The notes: generated from the sequence alone by a model not told the origin. 61,667 nt of DNA from an uncultured Candidatus Saccharibacteria bacterium (GCA_963536065.1 CAUSYU010000001.1:1-61667), one strand, 5' to 3'. Shown: positions 1 to 9,773, counted from the first letter of the stretch. Translations and numbers: made by a program.

Positions 1-9
1 TGCTATAAT
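1..9 (+). promoter_or_regulatory. Extended -10 promoter (TGCTATAAT) 8 nt upstream of the ATG at 18
   Basis: TGnTATAAT consensus; same geometry as many other genes in the window. Confidence 0.7.
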
Positions 10-17
10 ATAACGAA

Positions 18-980
18 ATGACTGAAAAAATGACTGTCCAGCCCCTCCCTGGCTATAAAGAAGTTAAGCCCTTCGTCTACGCGGGCTTTTTTCCGGTGTC
101 TAACGAAGATTACAATGACCTGAAGGAGGCGATTGAGAAGTTGAGTCTCAGTGATTCGGCGCTGCAGTTTGAACCGGAAAATTCGCCGGTGCTGGGCTAT
201 GGCGTACGGATCGGCTTTTTGGGTCTGCTACACATGGATATTGTTCGCGAGCGGCTGGAGCGCGAGTATAATTTGGATCTCATCGTCACCAATCCGAGTA
301 CTGATTATCAAGTCAGCCTCACCAATGGCGAGGAGTTGGATATCAAGTCGGCCAGCGAACTACCTGACCCAGCACAAATTACCGAGGTTCGCGAGCCGTG
401 GATTGACGGTGAAATTGTAGTGCCACAAGATTACATCGGTGCGGTGATTCAGCTGATTGTCGCCAAGCGCGGCCGGCAAAAAAACCTTAGCTACATCGAT
501 GAGCGGGCGCTGATTTCTTTTACGGCGCCGCTGGCAAATCTGCTGACGGATTTTTATGATCAACTGAAGTCGGCCACCAGCGGCTACGGTTCGTTTAACT
601 ATGAGCTGGCGGGCTATCAGCCGGAGGATTTGGTGCGGGTGGATTTTTATGTGGCGGGTGAGATGGTTGATGCTCTCAGTGTGATGTGTCACCGCTCTGA
701 GGCGCCAGGCTTGGGCCGGGAAATCGTCAAAAAACTCAAAGACGTGGTGCCGCGCCAGAGCTTTGAGGTGGCGTTGCAGGCAGCGATTGGTGGTAGATTC
801 ATTGCCCGCGAGAACATCGGCGCTTACCGTAAAGACGTTACCGGCTACCTATATGGTGGCGACGTCAGTCGCAAAAAGAAACTCCTCGCCAAGCAGGCTC
901 GCGGTAAAAAGCGTATGAAACGCTTCGGCAAGGTTGACATTCCGTCAGAAGCGTTTACAGTGATGCTAAAGAGGGATTAA
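18..980 (+). CDS. lepA: Elongation factor 4 (LepA), C-terminal half only (domains III, V, CTD)
   Basis: LPGYKEVKPFVYAGFFP, GFLGLLHMDIVRERLEREY, RKDVTGYLYGGDVSRKKKLLAKQARGKKRMKRFG; no G domain; in-frame TAA at 6-8. Confidence 0.93.
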   Translation: MTEKMTVQPLPGYKEVKPFVYAGFFPVSNEDYNDLKEAIEKLSLSDSALQFEPENSPVLGYGVRIGFLGLLHMDIVRERLEREYNLDLIVTNPSTDYQVSLTNGEELDIKSASELPDPAQITEVREPWIDGEIVVPQDYIGAVIQLIVAKRGRQKNLSYIDERALISFTAPLANLLTDFYDQLKSATSGYGSFNYELAGYQPEDLVRVDFYVAGEMVDALSVMCHRSEAPGLGREIVKKLKDVVPRQSFEVALQAAIGGRFIARENIGAYRKDVTGYLYGGDVSRKKKLLAKQARGKKRMKRFGKVDIPSEAFTVMLKRD

Positions 981-1441
981 TGATGAAGAAACCGATTATT
1001 TACATCGACATGGATGGCGTACTGGTCGACTTTACGTCGGCTTTGACGAGGGTTTCGCCTGAGATGCTCGAGAAGTTTGCGGGTGAGTATGACAATATTC
1101 CGGGTGTTTTTGCGTTGATGGACCCAATGCCTGGGGCTCTTGAGGCAGTTGATACTTTGAAAGAAAAATATGATCTATATATCCTGTCGTCATCACCATG
1201 GGAAAATCCGACGGCGCTAGGTGATAAATTGGCGTGGGTAAAGAAGTATTTTGGTGGTGACGGTCAGGAAAATATTTTCTTTCGCAAAGTTATATTTTCG
1301 TCGGTCAAGCATTTAAGCCGTGGTGATATTTTGATTGATGATCGGACAGCAAACGGTGCGGGCGACTTTTCAGGGCGATTGATCCGGTTTGGCTCAGATG
1401 AATTTCCTGATTGGCAAGCCATTTTACGTGAACTGTTATAA
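980..1441 (+). CDS. 5'(3')-deoxyribonucleotidase, HAD family (NT5C-like)
   Basis: IYIDMDGVLVDF (DxD), PMPGALEA, LSSSPW, GDILIDDR. Confidence 0.85.
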   Translation: MMKKPIIYIDMDGVLVDFTSALTRVSPEMLEKFAGEYDNIPGVFALMDPMPGALEAVDTLKEKYDLYILSSSPWENPTALGDKLAWVKKYFGGDGQENIFFRKVIFSSVKHLSRGDILIDDRTANGAGDFSGRLIRFGSDEFPDWQAILRELL

Positions 1442-1549
1442 AGTCATCAATACTTGGCAAAATATGCTTGCTAACATAAGCAATATCATGGTATAATGGC
1501 AGTGATTATATTAGACATTGTCATAAAACAATAAAAAGGAGATTATTCA

Positions 1550-2800
1550 ATGGGGTCGCTCTGGGGTAACAGAAAAAGAACAATAGCCCGCGCTACTAAG
1601 GCAGGATGCTTAGTAGTAATTGCTGCGGTAATTGCGGTATTTAGCCAATCAGCTAATGCAAAACAAATAGTTACATGGACAGAACAGGCTGGTTCTGGTA
1701 GTCGCCCTTGGACTTCAATTGCTAGCTCTGCTGACGGTAATAAGCTCGCTGCAACTATGAGCGGCGGTTCAGTATATATATCAGATGATGCTGGTTTGAC
1801 TTGGACTGAGCGAGTTGACTCTGGCTCTCGCGCCTGGATTGCGATCACCAGCTCTGCTGACGGTACTAAATTGGCTGGTGTGTACCACTGGGGTGGTTAC
1901 ATTTTAACCTCAGAGGATAGAGGTCAAACCTGGAGAAGCAATGGTATAACGGGTGGTTCTTTTGATTGGACCTCAATCACCAGCTCTGCTGACGGCACCA
2001 AACTGGCTGCAACAGCTAAAAACGGCGCAGTATTTACTTCCAGTAACTCAGGCGCAACGTGGACACCGCAGGCTGGTTCCGGCAACCGTGCTTGGACCTC
2101 AATCACCAGCTCTGCTGACGGCACCAAACTGGCTGCAACCGTTACTGGTGGTGCAGTATTTACTTCAAATGATTCAGGTGTAACGTGGACAGAACAAGTC
2201 GGTTCTGGCAACCGTGCCTGGACTGCCATCACTGGATCAAGCGATGGTACTAAACTCGCCGCGACTGTCAATGGCGGCGCGGTTTACACCTCAAATGACG
2301 CAGGTGTGACCTGGCAAGAACAAGCCGCTTCCGGCAATCGTGCTTGGACCTCAATCACCAACTCTGCAGACGGCACTAAATTGGCTGCCACTGTCACTGG
2401 TGGCGTAATATATGTTTCAAGTGACTCAGGTGCTACCTGGGAAGAGCAAACCACGGCTGCAACTGGCGCCTGGTCCTCTATCGCGATGTCTAGCGACGGT
2501 GCTCGCATTGCCGCAGCTATGAACAATGGCTTCATCAGTACCGCGACCGTTAAGGAAGCGCCAGTCACTCCACCGACCCCACCGACCCCACCAACCCCAC
2601 CAACACCAACCCCGACGCCAACCCCAACACCAACTCCTGCTCAGCCAACCAATCCCGGCGCGCCAGTTGCCCAGCCAACAAAGCCAACTGGCAAAGGTTA
2701 CTTGGCTGACACTGGTGACAATGTCTGGCCACTCGCTTCACTCGCAGCTGTTGGTATTGGTGCAGGTATCCTTTGGATCGTCAAACGTAGGAACAGCTAA
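1550..2800 (+). CDS. Surface protein: signal peptide, 7 x ~42-aa BNR/Asp-box-like propeller repeats, Pro-Thr linker, LADTG sorting-like motif + TM + basic tail
   Basis: Seven WxxIxSSADGxKL...SxDxGxTW repeats; ends YLADTG-hydrophobic-KRRNS; AGGAG RBS upstream. Confidence 0.85.
   Translation: MGSLWGNRKRTIARATKAGCLVVIAAVIAVFSQSANAKQIVTWTEQAGSGSRPWTSIASSADGNKLAATMSGGSVYISDDAGLTWTERVDSGSRAWIAITSSADGTKLAGVYHWGGYILTSEDRGQTWRSNGITGGSFDWTSITSSADGTKLAATAKNGAVFTSSNSGATWTPQAGSGNRAWTSITSSADGTKLAATVTGGAVFTSNDSGVTWTEQVGSGNRAWTAITGSSDGTKLAATVNGGAVYTSNDAGVTWQEQAASGNRAWTSITNSADGTKLAATVTGGVIYVSSDSGATWEEQTTAATGAWSSIAMSSDGARIAAAMNNGFISTATVKEAPVTPPTPPTPPTPPTPTPTPTPTPTPAQPTNPGAPVAQPTKPTGKGYLADTGDNVWPLASLAAVGIGAGILWIVKRRNS
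1966..2139 (+). repeat. Identical 48-bp intragenic direct repeat, 126-bp period
   Basis: TTGGACCTCAATCACCAGCTCTGCTGACGGCACCAAACTGGCTGCAAC at 1966-2013 and 2092-2139. Confidence 0.85.
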
Positions 2801-2804
2801 ACGC

Positions 2805-3527
2805 ATGGACGAATTGGAGCGGTTGATTGCTGATTATCAACCAACTGAGCCAACCGTCGAGCTGATCAAGAAAGCCAAGATTGCCCTACTGTCTGGCATC
2901 TCTGGCGCCGGTAAAGACACCATCAAAAAGCGATTATTGCAGTTTCCAGATTTTAGCAGCATCGTTTCGCACACAACACGTGCGCCGCGCATCAACAATA
3001 ACCGCCCAGAAGTTGACGGTGTCGATTACCATTTCATCGACTCGACCATGGCTGCACAAATGTTGAGAAATCAAGAATTTATCGAGGCTAAATTTGTTCA
3101 TGGCACAGTCTATGGTACCTCGGCGGCTGAGATTCGGGCGGCCTATGAACAAAACAAAACAGTCATCGCTGATATTGATGTGCAGGGCGCTGCGGAATAT
3201 GAGATTTTAGCTCCGCAAAGTATTTCAATTTTCATCATACCTCCCGACTACGAAACCTGGCTGACTCGCCTGAAAAGTCGGTATACTACCGAGGAAGCAT
3301 TTCACGCTGAATGGCCGAAACGGCTGGCTAGTTCTGTCAAAGAAATGACACAAGCACTTTCTGTACCGTATTATCATGTTATTATTAATGATGACCTTGA
3401 TAGAGCGGTCCGTGTCTGTCATGACATCATTGAACGAGGTGACTTGTTTAACCAGCAAGATGATGAAGCCCGTTTGGCCGCAAGGAGGCTTTTAGAAAAT
3501 ATTCGACAGTATAATAATATCGTATGA
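2805..3527 (+). CDS. gmk: Guanylate kinase
   Basis: SGISGAGKDT P-loop, SHTTRAPR, DGVDYHF, YGTS, DIDVQG; start moved to ATG 2805. Confidence 0.9.
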   Translation: MDELERLIADYQPTEPTVELIKKAKIALLSGISGAGKDTIKKRLLQFPDFSSIVSHTTRAPRINNNRPEVDGVDYHFIDSTMAAQMLRNQEFIEAKFVHGTVYGTSAAEIRAAYEQNKTVIADIDVQGAAEYEILAPQSISIFIIPPDYETWLTRLKSRYTTEEAFHAEWPKRLASSVKEMTQALSVPYYHVIINDDLDRAVRVCHDIIERGDLFNQQDDEARLAARRLLENIRQYNNIV

Positions 3528-4960
3528 GTTATCGTCATCAGGTTTCTGACCATATCCAAAAACGAGCTTCGGCATTGCGTCGTTCGCCGTGGTCATTGTC
3601 TGCGCTGATCGACCAAGCGTTTTTCTTGTTGGCTGGTTTGGCTTCATTTTGGTTTGGTTGGTTGGTTTGGCGTGAGGGTTGGTATTCTGGTGGCTGGTGG
3701 CTGGTGGCGTTTTTTGCGCTGTTTTGGGTCATCATGGCCTACTTGGCCTTGCCTCGCTTGCACCGTATTTTAAGTAGCCTGTATGTACCGAACTATTTCA
3801 TCGGTCGTACGCGGACTGCTGATGGATTGTTGGGTGATCCAGTCAACGTGGCGCTCAGAGGTTCAGAAGCACAGCTGCATCAAGCGATGATTGATGCTGG
3901 CTGGACGATTGCTGATGAAATCACCGTTCGGTCAGCTTGGAAAATTATCTTTTTTACACTGACTGGCAGGAGCTACGCCTCAGCTCCTGTATCATCGTTA
4001 TTCCTGTTTGGTCGCCGTCAAGACTTTGCCTATCAGCAGGAGGTCGACGGTAGCCCTGGTAAGCGCCATCATGTGCGGTTTTGGCGCTGCCCTCAGGGTT
4101 GGTTGTTGCCTGGTGGGCATCAGGTTGATTGGCTAGCGGCAGGAACATACGACAAAAGCGTTGGATTGTCATTGTTCACCCTGCAGGTTACTCATAAAAT
4201 TGATGAAAATACTGACATCGAGCGTGACTATATTGTGAGTACAGTCACCGAACACACACCACAGGTGGCAGTGACAAATTTGAAAGACTTTTCGACGGGT
4301 TATCACTCGCGCAATGGCGGGGGCGACACTATTCAGACGGATGGTGACTTGCCGGTCTTGGAACTGGCGGCAGTTGTAGCAAATCAGCAGACAATTGCCG
4401 AAAGAGCAGGGGTTATTTTGGATGCAACTGCGCATGAATATGTGATTCCTACAGAAGAGCACGATACGGTGCTGCAACAGTTATGGAATCGCCGACCGCC
4501 GCAAATATCGTTTGCTATTTTGTTTACGGCCTTGGCTATAGCGATTGTCCTGATGGGCGCCTTGTTTGATTTTCTGTTGTTTGACGAATTGTTGCATCAG
4601 ACAACCCAGGACTTTATCGTTGAGGGCTTGGACACTTCTGTGGCCGCCACAGGAGCGGAGTGGACGATTCGAGGAGTGCTGAGTTTGAGCGCGGGTTGGA
4701 TCTTAGTAACAGCTGTGCTGTCACGAGGTACGTTCCGCGGCTCGAACAAAGACCGATTACTCTTGATGATATTGTCGAGCCTGTCAGTGTTGGCAACGTC
4801 ATTCACCTTGACCATCGGTAAAATCACCTGGACAAGCGTTGGCACCCTGGCGTTCATCGGTATTAATATCACGATCATCCTGATGCTATCGTCTGACGCG
4901 GCCAGGCAGTTCACTCACACTCGCACGACTGCACGCCGTGCCAAGCAGAAGACAACTTAG
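3524..4960 (+). CDS. LssY C-terminal domain membrane protein
   Basis: GRTRTADGLLGDPVN, APVSSLFLFGRRQDFAYQQE, RHHVRFW, THKIDENTDIERD; N- and C-terminal TM helices. Confidence 0.8.
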   Translation: MSYRHQVSDHIQKRASALRRSPWSLSALIDQAFFLLAGLASFWFGWLVWREGWYSGGWWLVAFFALFWVIMAYLALPRLHRILSSLYVPNYFIGRTRTADGLLGDPVNVALRGSEAQLHQAMIDAGWTIADEITVRSAWKIIFFTLTGRSYASAPVSSLFLFGRRQDFAYQQEVDGSPGKRHHVRFWRCPQGWLLPGGHQVDWLAAGTYDKSVGLSLFTLQVTHKIDENTDIERDYIVSTVTEHTPQVAVTNLKDFSTGYHSRNGGGDTIQTDGDLPVLELAAVVANQQTIAERAGVILDATAHEYVIPTEEHDTVLQQLWNRRPPQISFAILFTALAIAIVLMGALFDFLLFDELLHQTTQDFIVEGLDTSVAATGAEWTIRGVLSLSAGWILVTAVLSRGTFRGSNKDRLLLMILSSLSVLATSFTLTIGKITWTSVGTLAFIGINITIILMLSSDAARQFTHTRTTARRAKQKTT

Positions 4961-4983
4961 CACTCTACTTGTATGAGTGCCAG
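4957..4983 (+). promoter_or_regulatory. CIRCE operator upstream of hrcA
   Basis: TTAGCACTC-N9-GAGTGCCAG; overlaps the stop codon of the upstream gene. Confidence 0.9.
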
Positions 4984-5003
4984 ATGTACGCTATAATGTA
5001 TCC

Positions 5004-5711
5004 ATGACTGAACGCCAGCAGGCTATCTTGGCCGCCATCATCGAACAGTACGCTGAAATTGCGGCGCCAGTTGGTAGTGTGACGCTTGCCAAATTGTTTG
5101 GTGTGTCCAGCGCTACCATCCGCAGCGAAATGGCCAAGCTCGAGGAGATGGGATTTATTGAGGCACCACACACCAGTGCCGGCCGTATCCCGACTGACAA
5201 AGGCTATCGGTTTTATGTCAATGGTATCACTGCCGCTCAAATGACTGAACTACCAAGTGGTATCGATCGCAGTGCGAGGGCGATCGAGGCACATGTTAAT
5301 TCGCACGTTGATAAATCTGACAGGGCCATCCGCAGCGCGGTTGACAGCCTGGTTGAGCTGACGGGTAATTTTGGTTTTGCCTCGTTTGGTGATCATCTGT
5401 ACATGAATGGTATGACGCAGCTATTTTCTCAGCCAGAGTTTATTGAAGGCAATCACGTTCAGGCTATCGCCAGACTGATTGACAATATTGAGCCCTGGCT
5501 AGTTGAAGCTGCGCCCAATGAACCGCTCAACGTGTTCATTGGTAGTGAGAACCCAATCGGTAAAGCCAGCGGCGCGACCCTGATCATCAGTAAGTTTCGT
5601 TCATCGTTTAGTGATCGCAGTTACATCGGTGTGATCGGTCCAACTCGGCAGAATTACCGTCGAACGATGGAGCTGGTGAGGCGAACGGGTGCGATGTTAG
5701 AGGAAGTGTAA
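5004..5711 (+). CDS. hrcA: Heat-inducible transcription repressor HrcA (short form)
   Basis: [48 protein letters not shown]; start at ATG 5004 after TATAAT 4992-4997. Confidence 0.93.
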   Translation: MTERQQAILAAIIEQYAEIAAPVGSVTLAKLFGVSSATIRSEMAKLEEMGFIEAPHTSAGRIPTDKGYRFYVNGITAAQMTELPSGIDRSARAIEAHVNSHVDKSDRAIRSAVDSLVELTGNFGFASFGDHLYMNGMTQLFSQPEFIEGNHVQAIARLIDNIEPWLVEAAPNEPLNVFIGSENPIGKASGATLIISKFRSSFSDRSYIGVIGPTRQNYRRTMELVRRTGAMLEEV

Positions 5712-5726
5712 GGATAGAGGAGGAAT

Positions 5727-6191
5727 ATGACGAAACACAAGAAGATTGATGATTTGCAACATACTATTGATGAGTTGACCCTGGACTTACAGCGGACGCG
5801 GGCGGATTTTGAGAACTATCGCAAGCGTGTCGAGGCGGAAAAACAGTCAGCGCACAGCATGGGTCAGGCTAAGTCGGTGATGAAATTATTACCAGTGATT
5901 GACACAATTGAGCGAGCTATTGCTAATGTGCCGGAAGAACTAGCAGATAACGCCTGGGCAAAAGGCGTGGCTGGTTTAGGCAAACAGCTCGACAAGCAAC
6001 TCAAAGAAATTGGCTTAGAAAAAATTGATGCCAAGCCAGGAACGCTGTTTAATCCTGAGCTACATCAGGCAGTGCAATTTGATGAAGAAGCAGACGGCGA
6101 TAAAGAAGTTGTCGCCGAGGAGTTACGTGCCGGCTATACACTGGATGGTACGGTGATTCGCGACGCAATGGTCAAGGTTACGCGACAGTAG
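5727..6191 (+). CDS. grpE: Nucleotide exchange factor GrpE
   Basis: ADFENYRKR, LLPVIDTIERA, FNPELHQAV, GYTLDGTVIRDAMVKV. Confidence 0.95.
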   Translation: MTKHKKIDDLQHTIDELTLDLQRTRADFENYRKRVEAEKQSAHSMGQAKSVMKLLPVIDTIERAIANVPEELADNAWAKGVAGLGKQLDKQLKEIGLEKIDAKPGTLFNPELHQAVQFDEEADGDKEVVAEELRAGYTLDGTVIRDAMVKVTRQ

Positions 6192-6312
6192 TTTACTAAC
6201 GGTCCACCTCGAGTTTCCATAGTTTTATTTACAACAGCACTTGCAAATAAAAAATATTGACGTTATAATATTTGCCAAGAGTTTTTAACATAAACACAGG
6301 GAGAAAAAGGGG

Positions 6313-9300
6313 ATGGCGAAACGATTATTCGTGGCACTAGTATCAGCTGGTGGTATCTTATTGTTAGCTTTACTGTACAACGGTAACACCAATGCAAGTC
6401 AATGGGGCGTTGTGTGGAGTGAGGAGTTTAAAGGCACCTCAGTGCCTGATAGCTGGGACGTATTCAAACAAAATAAAGATAATTATGGCAATAATCACCT
6501 AGCCTACAATCCGAGCAACGTCAAGGTTGTCAACAATGATTATCTAGAGATCAAAACGCAGCGCCACTGTGTTGCAAATCTTGATGAACCATTGAATGAC
6601 TCTAATGCTAGCGAAACGCCATGTCCAAGTGGTAAGATGACACGATATCTTAGCGGTCGGGTGACGAATAAGACGAAGGTGGTGGATGGTACAAAACCTT
6701 TCCGCGCCGAGATTCGTGCCAAATTCAATTGGAATGGAAAAAATGGTACACGACCATCACTGTGGATGGTTAATGGTGTCTCATTAAAGAATTGTAATGA
6801 TAATCCTAACGCCAATGACCCATACGGCGAGCTAGACATCATTGAATGGTACTCCTACACACCAGCATATACCTGGTCAAGTACCCATGCTACCTGTTAC
6901 CATCATGGCGTTTCTGGCAATTGGAAAAATGGTTGGCGAACCAGGAGGATTATCCACAGCGATGAACACCGAGCAGGCTCCAAGCCAGGTACATTGGCCT
7001 ATGAATGGCACACATGGGCGGTCGAGTATGATGGTGAGACGGTTAAGTATTTTGTGGATGACAAACCAATCACCGCGTATCATTATCACGCCAGTCCTAC
7101 TGACAGCAAGGAGATTGAACGTACACCGGCTGCTCCTCTGACAAAATTAGCTGACGCATCATTGATTAAAAAGACGTTTGATGAGGGATGGCGCTTTATC
7201 ATAAACGACTACGTGGAGGCAGATGCGGATCAGAAACCAATCTCTCCTTCAGATAGCTTCCCGAAGCAAACCATGTTGATCGACTACGTTCGTGTATTCC
7301 AAAAGGGTGCGGGCACACAGCCGGCTGAGACACCTATACCAAAGACGGGTGCTACATGGTCAAAGCGTGATGCTTCTGGTTCTCGAAATTGGACTGCAAT
7401 TGCCAGTTCGAGTGATGGTAATAAACTAGCTGCAGCATCCTGGGGTGGTAAAGTTCTTACCTCCACTAACGCTGGCGCAACCTGGACTGAGCAGCCTGGC
7501 GCAGGAGACCGCAACTGGGTAGCAATTGCTAGCTCCGCTGACGGTAAGAAGTTAGCAGCTGTATATGATTGGGGTGGTTATGTCTTTACCTCCGCCGATG
7601 CTGGTGCAACCTGGACTGCTCGCGGGGTGCCTGGATCATACAACTGGACCGCAATTGCTAGCTCTGCTGACGGTAATAAACTCTTCGCTATTGCTAAGGA
7701 TCACGCTATCTATGCTTCAAATAATGCTGGTGCAACCTGGACTGCCCTCACAGGGTCTGGAGCGCGCAAATGGAATTCAATCACCAGCTCAGCCGACGGT
7801 AATAAATTGGTTGCGGTAGTCGAGAACGGAACTATCTATACCTCGACTGACGCTGGTGCAACCTGGACCGAGCGAGCAAACTCTGGTGTCCGTAAGTGGT
7901 CAGCAGTTGCCAGCTCCGCTGATGGCAATAAATTAGTAGCAACGGCAACTGGTGGCAGGATTTACATCTCCACTGACGCTGGTGCAACCTGGACCGAGCG
8001 AGCGGCCGATGGACTTCACAACTGGACTGCGGTTACTATTTCTGACGATGGTCAAAAACTTTCAGCAACTGCTGGTGGCGGTGGATACATTTACAGCTCA
8101 AACGACGGTGGTGTAACCTGGGTAGCTCAGACATCTGCTGGTGTGCCAAACTGGGCAGCAATTGCCAGCTCTGCCGACGGCTCAAAAATCGCCGCAGTAC
8201 CATACGGTGGTGCCGTCTATACGACTGCCAACAATGCACCGGTTGGCCCAAGTGAAGAGGAGCAGAAAGTTACCGCGGCTGAAGCAGCAGTAGCAAATGC
8301 TGAATCGACCAAGCGTCCATCTGATGTTGCTGCCGCTAAAACCAAAGTTGATGCAGTAGGTGACGCAGGCAAGAAGGCCGCCTTCCAGGCAAGGCTCGAT
8401 GCGGTAACCAACGCTATTTCTGGTGCTCGCTCAACCCTCACTGCATTGATCGCTAAAGCTAAAGATCCAGCCACTGTTGCCGGCATGAGCAGTAGTACTA
8501 TTGCCGCTCTTCAGGCACAGGTCACGGCAGCTGAAGCAGTTATAAATAACGCGAATGCCTCAGTGTCTGAGCTGGACAATGCACGCACAGCCTTACAGGG
8601 CAAGCTCGATGCACTGAAAATTGATAAAGCAAGCTTGCAAGCAGCCATCACTGCTGCAGAAGCGACGCCATCATACATCAAATCGGATCCGACAGTTGCT
8701 TCGGCTCTCGCTGCTGCTAAGGCCGTCTTGAACCAAGCAAATCCATCTGCGTCAGACCTTCAATCAGCGATTGCTAACCTCAACAGTGCAGTGGCTAGCG
8801 CCAAACAAAAAGAGCAAGATGCTCAAGACGCTGCTCAGGCTGCAGTTACCAAGGCAGAAGCTGACAAAACACAAAGTGCCGTTGATACTGCTAAGGTCTT
8901 AGTGGGTAAAGTACAAGATCCTGCCAAAAAAGCAGCACTGCAAGCAAAATTGAACGCTGTTGTTGTCAATCCAGCGCCAACGCCAACCACGCCAACCACT
9001 TCAGCGATTGTTGCGCAGCCAGGTGGTGGTACGGTGACTGTTGCTACAGCTGGCACCCAGTGCTATAACATTGCTTCAGCCGCAATGGCAGCTGCTCCGA
9101 ATGATTATGACGGTCGTGTCTTGCGTGACATCGTTGGCTTTACGATTAACTGTACTGGCCAGACTGCCAAGGTTGGCTACACAACGCGCGTGACGCTGAC
9201 CCTGAGTAAATACTACGCTGATCATAGTCAGTTAGCTGTGGCTAAGATAAGTAATGGCGCCATCAAAGAAGATATCACCAGCCGCGCCACATTTGGGACG

Positions 9301-9630
9301 ACCGCTGATGGTAAACACACGACGGTGACGTATGACCTGACTGACGGTGGCTTTGGTGATGAAGATAAGGCTGCGAACGGCACCATCGTAGACCCAGTCG
9401 GTGTCTACGAGCGCCAACAGCAAACTAACCCTGGCGTTGGTGGTGGTACTGGTAATCCTGTCAGCCCTACGAACCCTGGCGGTGCGACAACCAACGGCAC
9501 TGGCAAGAATACTCAGGCGACCAACAAGGGCGGCTACTTGGCAGATACCGGTGCTAGCGTCATCGCTGTAACAGTAGTAGCGGTAGCAGCTGGTGGTGCC
9601 GGAGTTTGGTTCATCCGCAAGAAGATATAA
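6313..9630 (+). CDS. Large surface protein: signal peptide, GH16-like domain, 7-blade BNR-like propeller, Ala-rich helical (FIVAR-like) stalk, choice-of-anchor-U-like domain, LADTG + TM
   Basis: WSEEF start, GELDIIE (ExDxxE), WHTWAVEY, MLIDYVRVFQ; seven SSADGxKL repeats; LTDGGFGDEDKAANGTIVDPVG; YLADTG-hydrophobic-RKKI. Confidence 0.82.
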   Translation: MAKRLFVALVSAGGILLLALLYNGNTNASQWGVVWSEEFKGTSVPDSWDVFKQNKDNYGNNHLAYNPSNVKVVNNDYLEIKTQRHCVANLDEPLNDSNASETPCPSGKMTRYLSGRVTNKTKVVDGTKPFRAEIRAKFNWNGKNGTRPSLWMVNGVSLKNCNDNPNANDPYGELDIIEWYSYTPAYTWSSTHATCYHHGVSGNWKNGWRTRRIIHSDEHRAGSKPGTLAYEWHTWAVEYDGETVKYFVDDKPITAYHYHASPTDSKEIERTPAAPLTKLADASLIKKTFDEGWRFIINDYVEADADQKPISPSDSFPKQTMLIDYVRVFQKGAGTQPAETPIPKTGATWSKRDASGSRNWTAIASSSDGNKLAAASWGGKVLTSTNAGATWTEQPGAGDRNWVAIASSADGKKLAAVYDWGGYVFTSADAGATWTARGVPGSYNWTAIASSADGNKLFAIAKDHAIYASNNAGATWTALTGSGARKWNSITSSADGNKLVAVVENGTIYTSTDAGATWTERANSGVRKWSAVASSADGNKLVATATGGRIYISTDAGATWTERAADGLHNWTAVTISDDGQKLSATAGGGGYIYSSNDGGVTWVAQTSAGVPNWAAIASSADGSKIAAVPYGGAVYTTANNAPVGPSEEEQKVTAAEAAVANAESTKRPSDVAAAKTKVDAVGDAGKKAAFQARLDAVTNAISGARSTLTALIAKAKDPATVAGMSSSTIAALQAQVTAAEAVINNANASVSELDNARTALQGKLDALKIDKASLQAAITAAEATPSYIKSDPTVASALAAAKAVLNQANPSASDLQSAIANLNSAVASAKQKEQDAQDAAQAAVTKAEADKTQSAVDTAKVLVGKVQDPAKKAALQAKLNAVVVNPAPTPTTPTTSAIVAQPGGGTVTVATAGTQCYNIASAAMAAAPNDYDGRVLRDIVGFTINCTGQTAKVGYTTRVTLTLSKYYADHSQLAVAKISNGAIKEDITSRATFGTTADGKHTTVTYDLTDGGFGDEDKAANGTIVDPVGVYERQQQTNPGVGGGTGNPVSPTNPGGATTNGTGKNTQATNKGGYLADTGASVIAVTVVAVAAGGAGVWFIRKKI

Positions 9631-9651
9631 GAAGCTAGCAAATAATTATAA

Positions 9652-9678
9652 TTAGCACTCTTGACACGGGAGTGCTAA
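9652..9678 (+). promoter_or_regulatory. CIRCE operator 1 upstream of dnaK, containing the -35 TTGACA
   Basis: Perfect TTAGCACTC-N9-GAGTGCTAA; TTGACA 9661-9666, 17-nt spacer, TATACT 9684-9689. Confidence 0.95.
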
Positions 9679-9696
9679 TTATTTATACTGAAATAG

Positions 9697-9723
9697 TTGG
9701 CACTCGTGAATAAAGAGTGCTAA
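9697..9723 (+). promoter_or_regulatory. CIRCE operator 2 upstream of dnaK
   Basis: TTGGCACTC-N9-GAGTGCTAA. Confidence 0.92.
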
Positions 9724-9773
9724 AATGAATATAAGAAAAACCAGATGTGATCAAAACAAGAAAGGGGAATCAT

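Noticed and set aside
1660..2540. Regular 126-bp periodicity as a possible CRISPR array
   Set aside because: The repeats are in-frame protein blades with no unique spacers, and there are no cas genes.
2566..2640. CCAACC/CCGACC low-complexity tract as a contingency locus
   Set aside because: Imperfect Pro-Thr linker codons, with no pure tract that would shift frame.
2526..2804. N-terminal extension of gmk in the ORF track
   Set aside because: Overlaps the upstream gene in another frame; ATG 2805 is the more plausible start.
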